Assembly (NCBI GenBank): GCA_041648505.1
Contig: JBAZOY010000004.1
Span: 7,619 to 71,618, forward strand
Direction: 5' to 3'
From: Syntrophales bacterium
GTDB taxonomy: Bacteria > Desulfobacterota > Syntrophia > Syntrophales > CG2-30-49-12
DNA: 64,000 bases
A program made the position numbers and the translations under genes. Positions 43,997 through 54,900 of this stretch are shown piece by piece; position 1 is the stretch's first letter, and every line of letters begins with the position of its first letter. A model generated the notes under the pieces. It searched no databases, was not told the origin of the DNA, and was given only the letters and a program-made list of their open reading frames with translations.

Positions 43997-44572
43997 ATGA
44001 AAATTATCTTCTACACAATAGTAACAGTTTTGCTAGCCGTAACAAAGGTATATGCGAGTGCGTCTGAGGAAGGGCATGGAGGAGGTCCATCTTCACTGAC
44101 ATTTGTTTTTCAAGTGATTAACTTTCTTCTCCTTCTTTTTGTGCTGTATAAATTTGCCCTTCCCAAAGCGAAAACTTTTTTCGCCGAGCGAAGCCAGAAG
44201 ATCATCCTTTCTTTAAATGAAGCTGAAGAAGCTAAAACCTTAGCTGAGAAAAAGTTAAAGGAATATGAAGAAACGTTAAGCGCCTTGGATAAAGAGGTTG
44301 AAGAGATTCGGAATTTGGCTCAACGGGAAGGACAAGCTGAAAAAGAAAAGATCATTGCCGAAGCTGAAAAAGAAAAAGAAGCACTAGAAAAACAGGCAAA
44401 AGCTATGGCAGAACAGGAAATAAGAAAGGCGAAGCAAGAGCTGCGAAAAGAAGTAGCCAGACTCTCCTCGGATAAAGCTGAAGAGATAATTAAGGATTCG
44501 ATCAATAAAAGCGATCAAGAGAGCCTTATAGTTGCTTACACCAAAGAGATAACATCTCCTCCTCCATCATAA
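43997..44572 (+). CDS. atpF: F0F1 ATP synthase subunit b
   Basis: It has an N-terminal TM helix and a Lys/Glu/Ala-rich coiled coil. No atpH, atpA, atpG, atpD or atpC follows. Confidence 0.85.
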   Translation: MKIIFYTIVTVLLAVTKVYASASEEGHGGGPSSLTFVFQVINFLLLLFVLYKFALPKAKTFFAERSQKIILSLNEAEEAKTLAEKKLKEYEETLSALDKEVEEIRNLAQREGQAEKEKIIAEAEKEKEALEKQAKAMAEQEIRKAKQELRKEVARLSSDKAEEIIKDSINKSDQESLIVAYTKEITSPPPS

Positions 44573-44622
44573 CATCGTAATTAAGACGATGTGAGATAAG
44601 ACAGTTTGTTTTCTTTTCTATC

Positions 44623-46050
44623 CTATCTGGAAGAAAGGTATTCGTGAATAGAGCGGGCTGCCTTTTTTCCAGCACCCATGGCAAGAATTACCGTAGCTGA
44701 TCCAGTTACGATATCGCCTCCTGCATAGATACCATCTCTGGTTGTTTTTCCACTTTCATCTATTGTGATAATATAACCCCGGCGGTTCGTTTCCAAGCCC
44801 AGGGTTGTCGTCGGTATGATGGGATTTGCCATTGTCCCAACTGCCACCACAACAGTATCGACATCAACCACATACTCTGAACCATCGATAGGAAACGGTC
44901 GTCGCCTTCCTGATTCATCCGGTTCACCCAGTTCCATCTTTAGGCACTTTATGCCCTTCACCCACCCATTTTCATCACCAATGTATTCCACAGGATTTGT
45001 GAGAAACTTGAACTGTACACCTTCTTCCTTAGCGTGATGGACTTCCTCTGCTCTGGCAGGCATCTCTACATCTGTGCGGCGGTATATTATATAGGCATTC
45101 TCTGCGCCTAAGCGAAGAGCTGTCCTTACTGAATCCATGGCCACATTGCCGCCTCCGATAACGGCACAATTTTTGCCGTGTACAATGGGAGTATCGTATT
45201 CCGGAAAAAGGTATGCCTTCATCAGATTGGATCGTGTCAGGTACTCATTAGCCGAATAGATACCACTGAGATTTTCTCCCGGTATATTCATAAATACCGG
45301 AGCACCCGAACCCACAGCAAGATAAACGGCAGCAAAACCATCTGCAAATAGTTCATCCACTGTCCTGAGCCTTCCTATAACAGCATTAGTTTCGATCTTT
45401 ACCCCCATTTTTCTCAGGTAATCGACCTCGCCTTCCACGATCTTCTTCGGCAGACGAAACTCAGGAATCCCATACACGAGGACACCTCCTGCCTTGTGAA
45501 GGGCCTCAAAGATCGTCACTTCATATCCCAATTTCACGAGATCACCGGCAATCGTCAGCCCTGAAGGACCTGCTCCAACAACAGCAACTCTTTTACCCTT
45601 CGGTGCGGCTACTTCCGGAATAGAAAGCTCCCCCTTCTCCCGTTCATAGTCGGCAGCAAAACGCTCCAGTCGCCCTATGGCTACCGGTTCCCATTTTTTT
45701 CCCAAGACACAAACTTTTTCACATTGATCCTCCTGGGGACAGACACGGCCACAGACAGCGGGAAGGGAGTTTGTTTCCTTTATCGTACGACCAGCCTCGA
45801 CAAACTTTCCCTCGGCGATAAGCCGGATAAAGGCAGGAATATTAACCTCCACAGGACATCCTTCGATACAGCCGGGTTCCTTGCACTGGATGCACCGCTT
45901 TGCCTCGGTCATCGCTATCTCTTCCGTATAACCGAACGGAACCTCCTCAAAGTTGTGGACCCGTACCTTCGGGTCCTGCTCCGGCATCTTCTGCCGGTAA
46001 ACTTTAACTCTCTTTTCCTTAACTTTCTTTTCTTCAGTTCCCATGTTCAC
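44623..46050 (-). CDS. nfnB: NADH-dependent reduced ferredoxin:NADP+ oxidoreductase subunit B (GltD/SudA-like)
   Basis: It has RCIQCKEPGCIEGCP, LPAVCGRVCPQEDQCEKVC and VAVVGAGPSGL motifs. The start is either the GTG at 46050 or the ATG at 46044. Confidence 0.85.
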   Translation of the reverse strand: MNMGTEEKKVKEKRVKVYRQKMPEQDPKVRVHNFEEVPFGYTEEIAMTEAKRCIQCKEPGCIEGCPVEVNIPAFIRLIAEGKFVEAGRTIKETNSLPAVCGRVCPQEDQCEKVCVLGKKWEPVAIGRLERFAADYEREKGELSIPEVAAPKGKRVAVVGAGPSGLTIAGDLVKLGYEVTIFEALHKAGGVLVYGIPEFRLPKKIVEGEVDYLRKMGVKIETNAVIGRLRTVDELFADGFAAVYLAVGSGAPVFMNIPGENLSGIYSANEYLTRSNLMKAYLFPEYDTPIVHGKNCAVIGGGNVAMDSVRTALRLGAENAYIIYRRTDVEMPARAEEVHHAKEEGVQFKFLTNPVEYIGDENGWVKGIKCLKMELGEPDESGRRRPFPIDGSEYVVDVDTVVVAVGTMANPIIPTTTLGLETNRRGYIITIDESGKTTRDGIYAGGDIVTGSATVILAMGAGKKAARSIHEYLSSR

Positions 46051-46867
46051 ACCTGTATTTTTCCATGGACTCTTTTTCCTGAGTCGAGTACATCCTGAGG
46101 CGGCTCATCAAGAGATCAAAGTCAACATCATGACCATCAAATTCGGGACCGTCCACACAAGCAAATTTCGTTTGACCACCTACCGATACCCTGCAGGCAC
46201 CGCACATCCCGGTAGCATCAACCATGATTGGGTTCAGTGAAACAATAGTCTTTATACCATACGGTCTGGTTACACCGCATATCACCCGCATCATTGGTAC
46301 CGGTCCGATGGCAAATACCCGATCAATTCGCTCTTTTGCATCTATCAAATCTTGTAAAACTGCGCTGACAAAACCATGAAAACCGTAGCTCCCATCATCC
46401 GTGGCCACCAGGAGTTTATTGCTCGCATTTTTCATCTCTTCTTCCAGGATCAGAAGTTCTTTTGTTCTTGCGCCAATAATGGACGTTACTTTATTGCCCG
46501 ACCTTTTTAGAGCCACCGCGATGGGATAGATGACACCCACACCGACGCCGCCGCCAATACAGACCACATGACCGAAATTTTCGATCTCCGTCGGGTTGCC
46601 AAGGGGACCTTGAATGTCGGCTATATAATCACCTGCCTCCAGTGCAGCAAGAGCGGCCGTTGTCTTACCCACAACCTGAAAAACAATGGTGATTGCCCCC
46701 CTTCCTGTGTCAGAATCCACAATAGTCAGAGGAATCCTTTCCCCTTTTTCGTCAATTCTTAGAACAATAAACTGACCTGCCATTCTTTTTTCTGCTATGG
46801 CAGTGGCTTCAATGACCATCTTTACCACGCCTTCCGATAGATCAATCCTTTCTACAATCCTGTTCAC
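46034..46867 (-). CDS. nfnA: NfnA / SudB-like FAD/NAD-binding [2Fe-2S] subunit
   Basis: It has a ferredoxin-NADP-reductase-like fold and C-terminal CGACRV...CVDGPEF cluster ligands. It overlaps nfnB. Confidence 0.85.
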   Translation of the reverse strand: MNRIVERIDLSEGVVKMVIEATAIAEKRMAGQFIVLRIDEKGERIPLTIVDSDTGRGAITIVFQVVGKTTAALAALEAGDYIADIQGPLGNPTEIENFGHVVCIGGGVGVGVIYPIAVALKRSGNKVTSIIGARTKELLILEEEMKNASNKLLVATDDGSYGFHGFVSAVLQDLIDAKERIDRVFAIGPVPMMRVICGVTRPYGIKTIVSLNPIMVDATGMCGACRVSVGGQTKFACVDGPEFDGHDVDFDLLMSRLRMYSTQEKESMEKYRCEHGN

Positions 46868-47080
46868 TATTCAATCTCCTAAAAAATCACCTTGAACATT
46901 GTTGCTTATTATATCCCAGTAAGGATAGATTCAAAGATTTACCGAATTAACCTATATAACCTCCCCACATAGTAAGCCTCAGGTTATCAGGTCATCAATC
47001 GACAATAAATTATCGGTGCCTGGGGAAAATGCTGGGAATGATACTCTTAGAATCCATAAGACTAAAACTTACGCTATACC

Positions 47081-47926
47081 TCAATACTCTTTCGTCAGTT
47101 TGTCCAGTTCTGCCAGTGAAAATACAGGACCATCCTTGCAAACGTATTTGTTACCGACATTACAGCGGCCGCACTTCCCTATGCCACACTTCATCCTCAT
47201 TTCAAGAGAGGTTATGATATTTTCCTTAGAGAATCCCAGATCAAAGAATACCGGCAGGGTAAAACGAATCATAATCGGCGGCCCGCATATTACCGTTACG
47301 GCGTTTTCAGAACTCGGTGCTACCTCGCCACAAACCGTGGGGACAAAACCTTCTCGTCCCTTCCAGTTCCCATCCTTCTTATCAACCGTTACATTCAAGT
47401 TAATATCGTCTCTCGCTTCCCAAGCGGCAAGCTCATCCTTATATAGCAAAAGTCCTGGAGATCTGGCCCCATATATGACGGTAATTTTCTTGAAACGAAA
47501 GCGGTTGTCTTCATGAATCATATAGTTGATGAGTGACCTCAAAGTTGTAAAGGCAAAGCCACCACCCACAATCACAACATTCTTCCCCTCAAGATAGTCA
47601 ATAGGCCATGAATTTCCCATGGGACCTCTGACACCCATATGTATTCCAACCTCCATGTCATGGAGAGTGCTGGTGACAACTCCCGCCTTCTGCACGGTAA
47701 ACTCGATATAACCAGGTTGGGTCGGCGATGAGGCAATGCCAATAGGTGATTCACCCTTGCCAAATATAGAAAGTTCGGCAAACTGTCCAGGCAGATATTT
47801 AAAGTTATTCTCGTCTTCACTATTGAGAAAGGCAAGCCGAAAGGTCTTGATGTCCTTTGTATCAACTTCCGTGACGATCTTTACCAATTCAACGGGTATA
47901 GGGATATACGGATTTAGCATTACCAT
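47081..47926 (-). CDS. FAD/NAD(P)-binding [2Fe-2S] oxidoreductase, FlxA / sulfhydrogenase-gamma / AsrB-like
   Basis: It has an FNR-like fold and a C-terminal MKCGIGKCGRCNVG...CKDGPVF. The second ATG (47920) has better spacing from AGGAG. Confidence 0.8.
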   Translation of the reverse strand: MVMLNPYIPIPVELVKIVTEVDTKDIKTFRLAFLNSEDENNFKYLPGQFAELSIFGKGESPIGIASSPTQPGYIEFTVQKAGVVTSTLHDMEVGIHMGVRGPMGNSWPIDYLEGKNVVIVGGGFAFTTLRSLINYMIHEDNRFRFKKITVIYGARSPGLLLYKDELAAWEARDDINLNVTVDKKDGNWKGREGFVPTVCGEVAPSSENAVTVICGPPIMIRFTLPVFFDLGFSKENIITSLEMRMKCGIGKCGRCNVGNKYVCKDGPVFSLAELDKLTKEY

Positions 47927-47935
47927 CTCCTGCCT

Positions 47936-48961
47936 TTATAATTTCGAAATATCTTCAACTATTTTTCTGATGTCTATATTAACGGGGCAATACATGACGC
48001 ACCTTCCGCATCCGACACAGGCAATTTCTCCAAAGTTATCCACATAATACTTGAATTTGTGCATTACCCGCTGACGCCACCGCTCTTTCTGAGTCGGTCT
48101 CGGATTATGACCGGAAGTCTCCAGCGTGAAAAGAGGATACATACATGAATCCCAGTTCCTTATCCTGATACCGTCATTCCCCTTTGTCTCGTCATTAATA
48201 TCAAAGCAATGACAGGTTGGACAGAGATAGGTACATGTACCACATGCGAGACACCTCTGATGTATTGTCTCCCAAAAGGAATGTTCAAAATTGCTGTCCA
48301 ATATCGGCTTTATTTCCTTTGCCGGTATGTGCGACCCGATCTCTTTTTCCGCCTTTTGAGCGATCTCCTCTTTTATCGCCTCGTCGTCCGGGCCTGCCTC
48401 TGGAAGTTCTCCAAAAGATTTGAGAAGCTTTTCTCCCTTAGGAGTAATGATCTCAATAAGGTAGTTATCTTTTATATCCGTTATCAGTACATCGGCGCCC
48501 TCTGAAGAAGTCGGGCTTCCGTTAACTGAGGTACAAAAACAGGTCGTATAGGGGGGATGCACGCAGGACATGGAGATTACCGTTGTTTTTTCCCTCTTGG
48601 AGATATAATATGGATCTTTATATTTCTCCTGGTCGAAGAGCATATCGAGAAGGACAAAACTACGGGCATCGCAGGGACGTACTCCAAAGATTACCGCCTC
48701 CTCCGCTTCCCCTCCTCCCATGGAAAACTCTATACCCCTAGCGGTTCGTGCATACTTCATCATCGTCTCTGTGCGAGGAAAGAAGAGACTCTTGGGAGCA
48801 TTCCTTGAGTTTGAAAAACCTATCAACGGTTCCATTCCCTCTTTCAGTGCCGTAAATAAAACATTGTCATCTTCTTTGACCGGCGCGTACACCTGCACAT
48901 TTCGGGAGATGTCCTTGATAATATCAGCTAATCTATCCTTCTTTAATAACCTTTTTTCCAT
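47936..48961 (-). CDS. 4Fe-4S dicluster protein, FlxB / sulfhydrogenase-beta / AsrA-like
   Basis: It has CLACGTCTYLCPTCHC and CVGCGRCVMYCP motifs, and its 341-aa length matches AsrA/HydB-type proteins. Confidence 0.78.
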   Translation of the reverse strand: MEKRLLKKDRLADIIKDISRNVQVYAPVKEDDNVLFTALKEGMEPLIGFSNSRNAPKSLFFPRTETMMKYARTARGIEFSMGGGEAEEAVIFGVRPCDARSFVLLDMLFDQEKYKDPYYISKREKTTVISMSCVHPPYTTCFCTSVNGSPTSSEGADVLITDIKDNYLIEIITPKGEKLLKSFGELPEAGPDDEAIKEEIAQKAEKEIGSHIPAKEIKPILDSNFEHSFWETIHQRCLACGTCTYLCPTCHCFDINDETKGNDGIRIRNWDSCMYPLFTLETSGHNPRPTQKERWRQRVMHKFKYYVDNFGEIACVGCGRCVMYCPVNIDIRKIVEDISKL

Positions 48962-49015
48962 GTCTTTCCTTCAGTCGGCAACGATTAGGTAAAACACCCG
49001 TTTTCCATTCCACTA

Positions 49016-49879
49016 TCAAAGCAGTCTTAGACCGCTCAGGAGAGGTAACGGATCACAATGGTGAAGTTTAAACCAGTCCTCCGGTCCCGCGATTCCCAGC
49101 GCCAGGGCTATCAATTCGGTAAAATAAAAGGTGGGAAGCCTCACATTCTCACTGGCCCTCATGTCAAGATTGGCCATACAGATGGGACAGGCTGCAACGA
49201 GACAGTTTGCATCGGCCTCTCTGGCCATGGTCATTAATTTGTTTACCATCCGTGTTACGATATTGGTTTTACTTATGGTGAGACTACCGCCACAACAATC
49301 AGTCTTATAAGACCATAAATGGGGATCAGCCCCGAGGCTTGCCATAATGCCATCCAACATGGTGGGATTTTCATAGTCATCAAATTCACAAATTTCAGGC
49401 GGTCTCAGCAGAAGACAACCATAATATGAAACGGGTTTGAGACCGGTTAATTTCTTGGTCACTTTTTCTATCAGGGCCGGAAGACCTATATCATTATAAA
49501 TAATATCGATGGGATTTCTCACCGCAATGCTACCCTTGTATTCGCCTTTATCAATGATATTTTCTACCTCGGCTTTTAAGACACTGTCCTTCTTGAGATG
49601 GTATTGGGCTGTCTTTAAGCGATTGAAACAGGCGGCACAGGGAACCATTATAGCCGAGACATCGGCGGCATCCTTTTCCGCGGCAAAAAGGGTTGCCGCA
49701 GGGAGAGCAACGGAAAGCTTGAAATTGGTGCTATGGGCAGAAGTGGCGCCACAACATGACCAGTCATCAATCTCTTTCATCTCAATCCCCAGCGCGCTGC
49801 TTACGGCCTTTACCGATTGGTCATATTCCTTCGCTGTCCCATGAAGTGAGCATCCTGGATAGTATGAAACTTTCAACAA
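49016..49879 (-). CDS. hdrB: heterodisulfide reductase subunit B-like (two CCG domains)
   Basis: It has two CCG-domain cysteine patterns: YYPGCS...WSCCGA...CAACFNR and YYGCLL...DCCGGS...CPICMANL. Confidence 0.88.
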   Translation of the reverse strand: MLKVSYYPGCSLHGTAKEYDQSVKAVSSALGIEMKEIDDWSCCGATSAHSTNFKLSVALPAATLFAAEKDAADVSAIMVPCAACFNRLKTAQYHLKKDSVLKAEVENIIDKGEYKGSIAVRNPIDIIYNDIGLPALIEKVTKKLTGLKPVSYYGCLLLRPPEICEFDDYENPTMLDGIMASLGADPHLWSYKTDCCGGSLTISKTNIVTRMVNKLMTMAREADANCLVAACPICMANLDMRASENVRLPTFYFTELIALALGIAGPEDWFKLHHCDPLPLLSGLRLL

Positions 49880-49893
49880 TCGCCTCCTAATCT

Positions 49894-50421
49894 TTATGAG
49901 CGCTTCGTCTTTTCAAATATCCTTTTTACAGTCTTGATATCTTTTGTTTTAGGGGATAGGAGGTGAAGCTTACCTTTTCTGAACATTTCTATCCCCATGG
50001 CTATATCAGAAAACAGGTCCCCCGATTTCAACTTATACTGAGCCATCATTAGGGGCTCATTGATCCGCCCCCATGACTTGATATTGGAAAGAAATGCCTC
50101 ATGGAATTTAAGGACATTCTTTTCCTTGGCGGCAAGGCCTGATTCAATAGCCATTTGCCTTAATGCATCCATCAGACGGGCAATATCCACCTCATTGGGA
50201 CAACGAGTGATGCAGGTCTCACAGGAGACACACAGCCAGATTGTTGAACTCTTGAGGACCTCGTCCCGCTTATCCATCTGAATCATCTTGATAATTCTGT
50301 TCGGATTGTATTCCATAGCAAAGGATAGGGGACACCCTGCCGTACATTTCCTGCAGTGGTAACACCTCTGAATGGGAACACCACGGATCTTTTCATTTAT
50401 TTCTTCGAGAAAGGTTGCCAT
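49894..50421 (-). CDS. hdrC: heterodisulfide reductase subunit C-like (2x[4Fe-4S])
   Basis: It has CYHCRKCTAGCP and CVSCETCITRCP motifs. Confidence 0.85.
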   Translation of the reverse strand: MATFLEEINEKIRGVPIQRCYHCRKCTAGCPLSFAMEYNPNRIIKMIQMDKRDEVLKSSTIWLCVSCETCITRCPNEVDIARLMDALRQMAIESGLAAKEKNVLKFHEAFLSNIKSWGRINEPLMMAQYKLKSGDLFSDIAMGIEMFRKGKLHLLSPKTKDIKTVKRIFEKTKRS

Positions 50422-50437
50422 GATTACCCCTCAAGTA

Positions 50438-51448
50438 TTATTCCGGTGAAAATATAAATTCTTCATTGTCGTTTTCCTTGTAGGTGCCAAGCATGGACGG
50501 TTCATCCGGAGAGATGCCGGTCCTATGTTCAAACAGTTCAAAGGCATCCTTATCCAGTTTCTTCAGAAACCTCCGTAAATCCACACCCATGGGACATACT
50601 GCAATGCAGGAACCGCAATCAACACATCGCCCCGCCATATGATACAACCGCATTAATTGAAATATTTGCGTGTCAGACCGATCTTCGCCGATACCGACCC
50701 ACTGCGGCTGGCTCTGCTCGACAAAGCATACCTTACAGTAACAGGAAGGACAGGCATTGCGACAGGCATAACAGCGCACACACTTATCCATTTCTTTGGT
50801 AAAGTAGTCCCACCTTTCATTTAGAGGTAAATTCTCAATTTCATCTACTTTAGCATATTCTTCACTGAAATCCATGGCCGGTGCCTGATCACCTACCATT
50901 ACATCAGAAATAAGAGGATTGTTGAAACGACAGGTGAGGCAGTTATCGGCAAGCACCTCTTTCATAGAAACACTCTTATCGCCACTGGCTGTTTTTGCCA
51001 AGACGGAATCTCCTGCAACGGATGCCTCTAGAATCTCCTCGCCCGCAACAAGACCGTTCATCTTCCGCCTGTCCACATATCCTGTACAGGGAACGCCTAA
51101 GATCACGATATTGTCTCTATCGTACTGCTTTTCCTGAAGCTGTATCACCAGTGAACGTGTTGTGCATCCTTTCGCCACGACTCCTATAATCTTTTTAGTT
51201 CTATCCTCCGGTTTAAGACGTTTTTGAGATTCCCTGTCCTGCGAGATAAGGTCATGGACAAATTTAGCAAGGTTTTGCATACAGAAGGCATTCCAGACAA
51301 GTTTTCCAGTATCTTCAGGATCAGTAATAAAACAGGGTGGAGCAATAAGGGGAAGAGTCCCTTTTTCGTACCCGATGATAATATCCACCTTTTTTTCCGC
51401 CAGTAATTTTTTCGCTTCTTTTCGTAGTTTTGTCTCTACATTTTCCAC
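50438..51448 (-). CDS. Fe-S protein, FlxC-like (4Fe-4S dicluster plus an extra Cys-rich N-domain)
   Basis: It has CVRCYACRNACPSCYC and CVDCGSCIAVCP motifs. The start codon is GTG, preceded by GAGGA. Confidence 0.7.
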   Translation of the reverse strand: MENVETKLRKEAKKLLAEKKVDIIIGYEKGTLPLIAPPCFITDPEDTGKLVWNAFCMQNLAKFVHDLISQDRESQKRLKPEDRTKKIIGVVAKGCTTRSLVIQLQEKQYDRDNIVILGVPCTGYVDRRKMNGLVAGEEILEASVAGDSVLAKTASGDKSVSMKEVLADNCLTCRFNNPLISDVMVGDQAPAMDFSEEYAKVDEIENLPLNERWDYFTKEMDKCVRCYACRNACPSCYCKVCFVEQSQPQWVGIGEDRSDTQIFQLMRLYHMAGRCVDCGSCIAVCPMGVDLRRFLKKLDKDAFELFEHRTGISPDEPSMLGTYKENDNEEFIFSPE

Positions 51449-51492
51449 AGTTTCAATTCCTCAAGATTTCTCGCTTCTCTCGAAAGGACAGG

Positions 51493-51936
51493 TTAGAGAG
51501 CCCACCTTTTAACCAGTTTATCTGCCGGACCGAGGGCGGTGACAGCAGCAGTGACAGCTCTTACAACCTTGGCAAAACGCTCTCCCTCAGATGCTGATAC
51601 CCACGTAAACATTGTCCTGTCACCCTCCACGCCGATATATGAAAGAAAACGCTTTAACATGGCGAATTTCCTTCTGGCGGATAAATTACCCGTAATATAG
51701 TGACATTCCCCTGGATGACAACCGGAGACAAGAACACCATCCGCCCCCTCTTGAAGGGCCTTCACAATAAAGAAAGGATTTATCCTCCCCGTACAGGGGA
51801 CCCTTATGATCCTAACATTTGGCGGGTACTGGATCCTGCTTATCCCCGCCAGATCAGCGCCGGCATATGTACACCAGTTACAGACAATTGCTGCTATTTT
51901 CGGCTTCCAGTCTTCAACCGGTTGATTTTCAGTCAT
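51493..51936 (-). CDS. mvhD: MvhD/FlxD-type (methyl-viologen-reducing hydrogenase delta subunit-like) [2Fe-2S] protein
   Basis: It has IVCNWCTYAGADLAG...VPCTGR...GCHPGECHY motifs. The ATG at 51936 follows GGAGA. The TTG at 51951 overlapping the hdrL stop is an alternative start. Confidence 0.85.
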   Translation of the reverse strand: MTENQPVEDWKPKIAAIVCNWCTYAGADLAGISRIQYPPNVRIIRVPCTGRINPFFIVKALQEGADGVLVSGCHPGECHYITGNLSARRKFAMLKRFLSYIGVEGDRTMFTWVSASEGERFAKVVRAVTAAVTALGPADKLVKRWAL

Positions 51937-51947
51937 ATTTTCTCCAT

Positions 51948-54900
51948 TCAAAAGGCTCTTATCTGTGCCAGAATTTCCTCGTTGTCAAAGCCGTTTAAAT
52001 CAACAGCATTCATCCGGCAGGAAGCTGTACAAACCCCGCAACCCTTACAGAGAACAGCATTAACCACCGCGCAACCTTCATTAGGATCAACGGCTATTGC
52101 ACCAAAAGGGCAATTGGCCTCACAGAGTCCACAGGCAGCGCATCTTTCCTTCCTTACATAAGCAGTTTTTCCTTCGGCTTCCAGGTAATCCTTGGTAAGA
52201 ATGGTACACGCCCTCGAGACAGCGGCATTGGCCTGCGTTATAGCTTCACTACTGAATTTCGGCGAGTGGGCAAGGCCGCACATGAAAACACCATCGGTCG
52301 CAAAATCAACGGGCCTTAACTTTACATGGGCCTCGAGGAAGAAACCATCCTGATTGGTCGGTACTTTCAGCATTTTGCCGATAACATCATTTTCAGGATT
52401 GGCAGTAGTTCCCATACTGAGCGCTAATATATCTGTTTTGATTTCTACCTGCTCGCTAAGTACCGGATCAAAAACTTTTACAGAAATTTGCGCGCCATCA
52501 CCGGTAACTTCCGGTTTCCTGTCCTCGTCGTACCGGATGAATTTTACGTTTGCCTCACGTGCCTTCTTATAATAGTCCTCTTTGAATCCGAATGTCCTGA
52601 TATCCCGGTAGATGATGGTAACATCCTTCTTTGGATCGATATCTTTCAGTTTAAGTGCATTCTTGATCGCCTGGCTGCAACAATACCTGCTGCAGTAAGG
52701 CCTTTCAGCATCCCTTGATCCGACACACTGGATCATAACAACACTGTTTGCCCCCATAATCTGGGAACCTTTCTCATGTATACGCGCCTCCAGTTCTCGC
52801 TGGGTAACGACGCTCTCGTTCTTTCCGTATAGATATTCATCCGTTTTGAGTTCGTAGGCCCCTGTAGCAACAATGACCACACCGTGCTCAAATGCGTGCT
52901 CACCATCTCCTGCCCCTACGGTAGTCTTGTAATTTCCGATGAACCCCTCTATTTTAGTAATCTTAGCTCCCTTGAATACATGGATCAGAGGATTATTCTC
53001 CACTTGTGCTAAAATATCATCCATATATTTCCTGGTATCCAGTCCTTCAAGGGTATAACATAAATGCCTGTAATTCCCGCCAAGCTCTTTTTCCTTTTCT
53101 ACCACATAAGACTCGAAACCCTGGCGAGCCAGCGAAAGGGCTGCTGTAATACCGGCAAGCCCTCCCCCGATGACCAATGCCGCACGATTGACACTGAGTT
53201 GGCCGGGTTTTAAGGGTTTCAAATACTGAGCTTTTGCTACCGCCATCCTAACCAAGTCCTTGGCCTTTTCCGTCGCCGCCTCCGGCTCATTCATATGAAC
53301 CCACGAATTCTGGTCCCTGATATTAGCCATCTCAAAGAGATACTTGTTGAGGCCTGCCTTTTCACAGTTCTCCTGAAAGAGCCCCTCATGTGTCCGGGGT
53401 GAACAGGACGCTACAACCACTCTGGTAAGTTCATATTCCTTAATTATCTCTGCCATTTTAACGGCCGAATCCTGCGAACAGGCAAAAAGCCCCTCGGTAG
53501 CATAGACAACGGAAGGCAGTGTCTTTACATATTCCACAACGGCAGGTACATCCACCACACCGCCGATATTGATCCCGCAATGGCAGATGAAGGCGCCAAT
53601 TCTCGGTCCGATTCCCCTTATATCTTTTTCTAAAGGAACATCTATCGCCCTGATCATAGTTCCCCGCTGTGCGGCAAGCAGTCCCTCTGCACAGGCTACC
53701 GCTCCGCTGGCTTCCATGACAGTTTCCGGGATGTCTTTAGGACCACCGAAGGCACCACAGACAAAAACACCTTCCCGAGATGTCTGAACAGGGTTATCCA
53801 GAGCGGTTTTGCAGAAACCATGTTCTTCCAGTTCTATCCCCAGGCTATCCGCCAGTTTTGCCGCATCAGGAGGCGGAGTAAGGCCCACAGAGAGAATCAC
53901 CATGTCAAATTCTTCTTCTATTATACTCCCGTCTTCCTGGATGTACTTGAGCAGTAGATTTTTCGTCTGCTGTAATTCTTTTATGGTGGAAGGTATCGAA
54001 CGTATATACTTGATACCATATTCTTCTTTAGCCCGATTAACAAAGCGATCGAAGTCCTTACCATGAGCACGTATATCCATGAAGAATATAGTAGGTTCCA
54101 GAGTTTTTAAATGTTCCTTTCCTACTATTGCCTCTTTTGTTGCATACATGCAGCATACCGATGAACACCAACTGTTGCCGCAGGATACGTCTCTTGAACC
54201 AACACACTGGATAAAGGCAATTTTCTTCGGCTCCTTCGCATCTGATGGCCTCTGAATATGGCCGAAATAGGGACCGGAAGCCGATAGTATCCTCTCAAAC
54301 TGGAGACTGGTCACCACATTTTTATAGATACCGAAACCGTACTCTCCCCGTAGGGGAGCATAAAAAATATCAAAACCGGGTGCGGCAATAATGGCACCCA
54401 CATCTATGGTTTCTTCTTCAGAGACCATACTATGATCAATGGCATCGGCTATACAGACATCAACGCAACGGTAACATTCGGAACAGATCCCGCAATTGAG
54501 GCATCGCTTCGCTTCATATACGGCACCTTCCTCAGGCAAACCTAAGGCCACCTCATCATTTGGAGACTTCCTCGCTGCCGGTTCAAGCTTGGGCATCTCA
54601 ACACGGGCCGCCTCCTCTACATCACTTACATCAACTTTTTCGGCCAGCCCTTTCGTCCAATCTCGCTCACGACCTGCCCCTACATCTTCGCCTTTAAAAT
54701 AACGATCTATGGAGACAGCAGCCTCCTTACCAATATTTATAGTCTTTACCACTGTAGCAGGACCGGTTTCCACATCCTGGGCAAAGACACCTTCTATCCC
54801 TGTAGCTAATGTGATCGGATCGACCTCAAGGACGCTCCATTCGTTGATGGAAGTTCCCCCTTCTCCTTCGGGAGAAACAAGTTCCCTTGTCTGGCCAACG

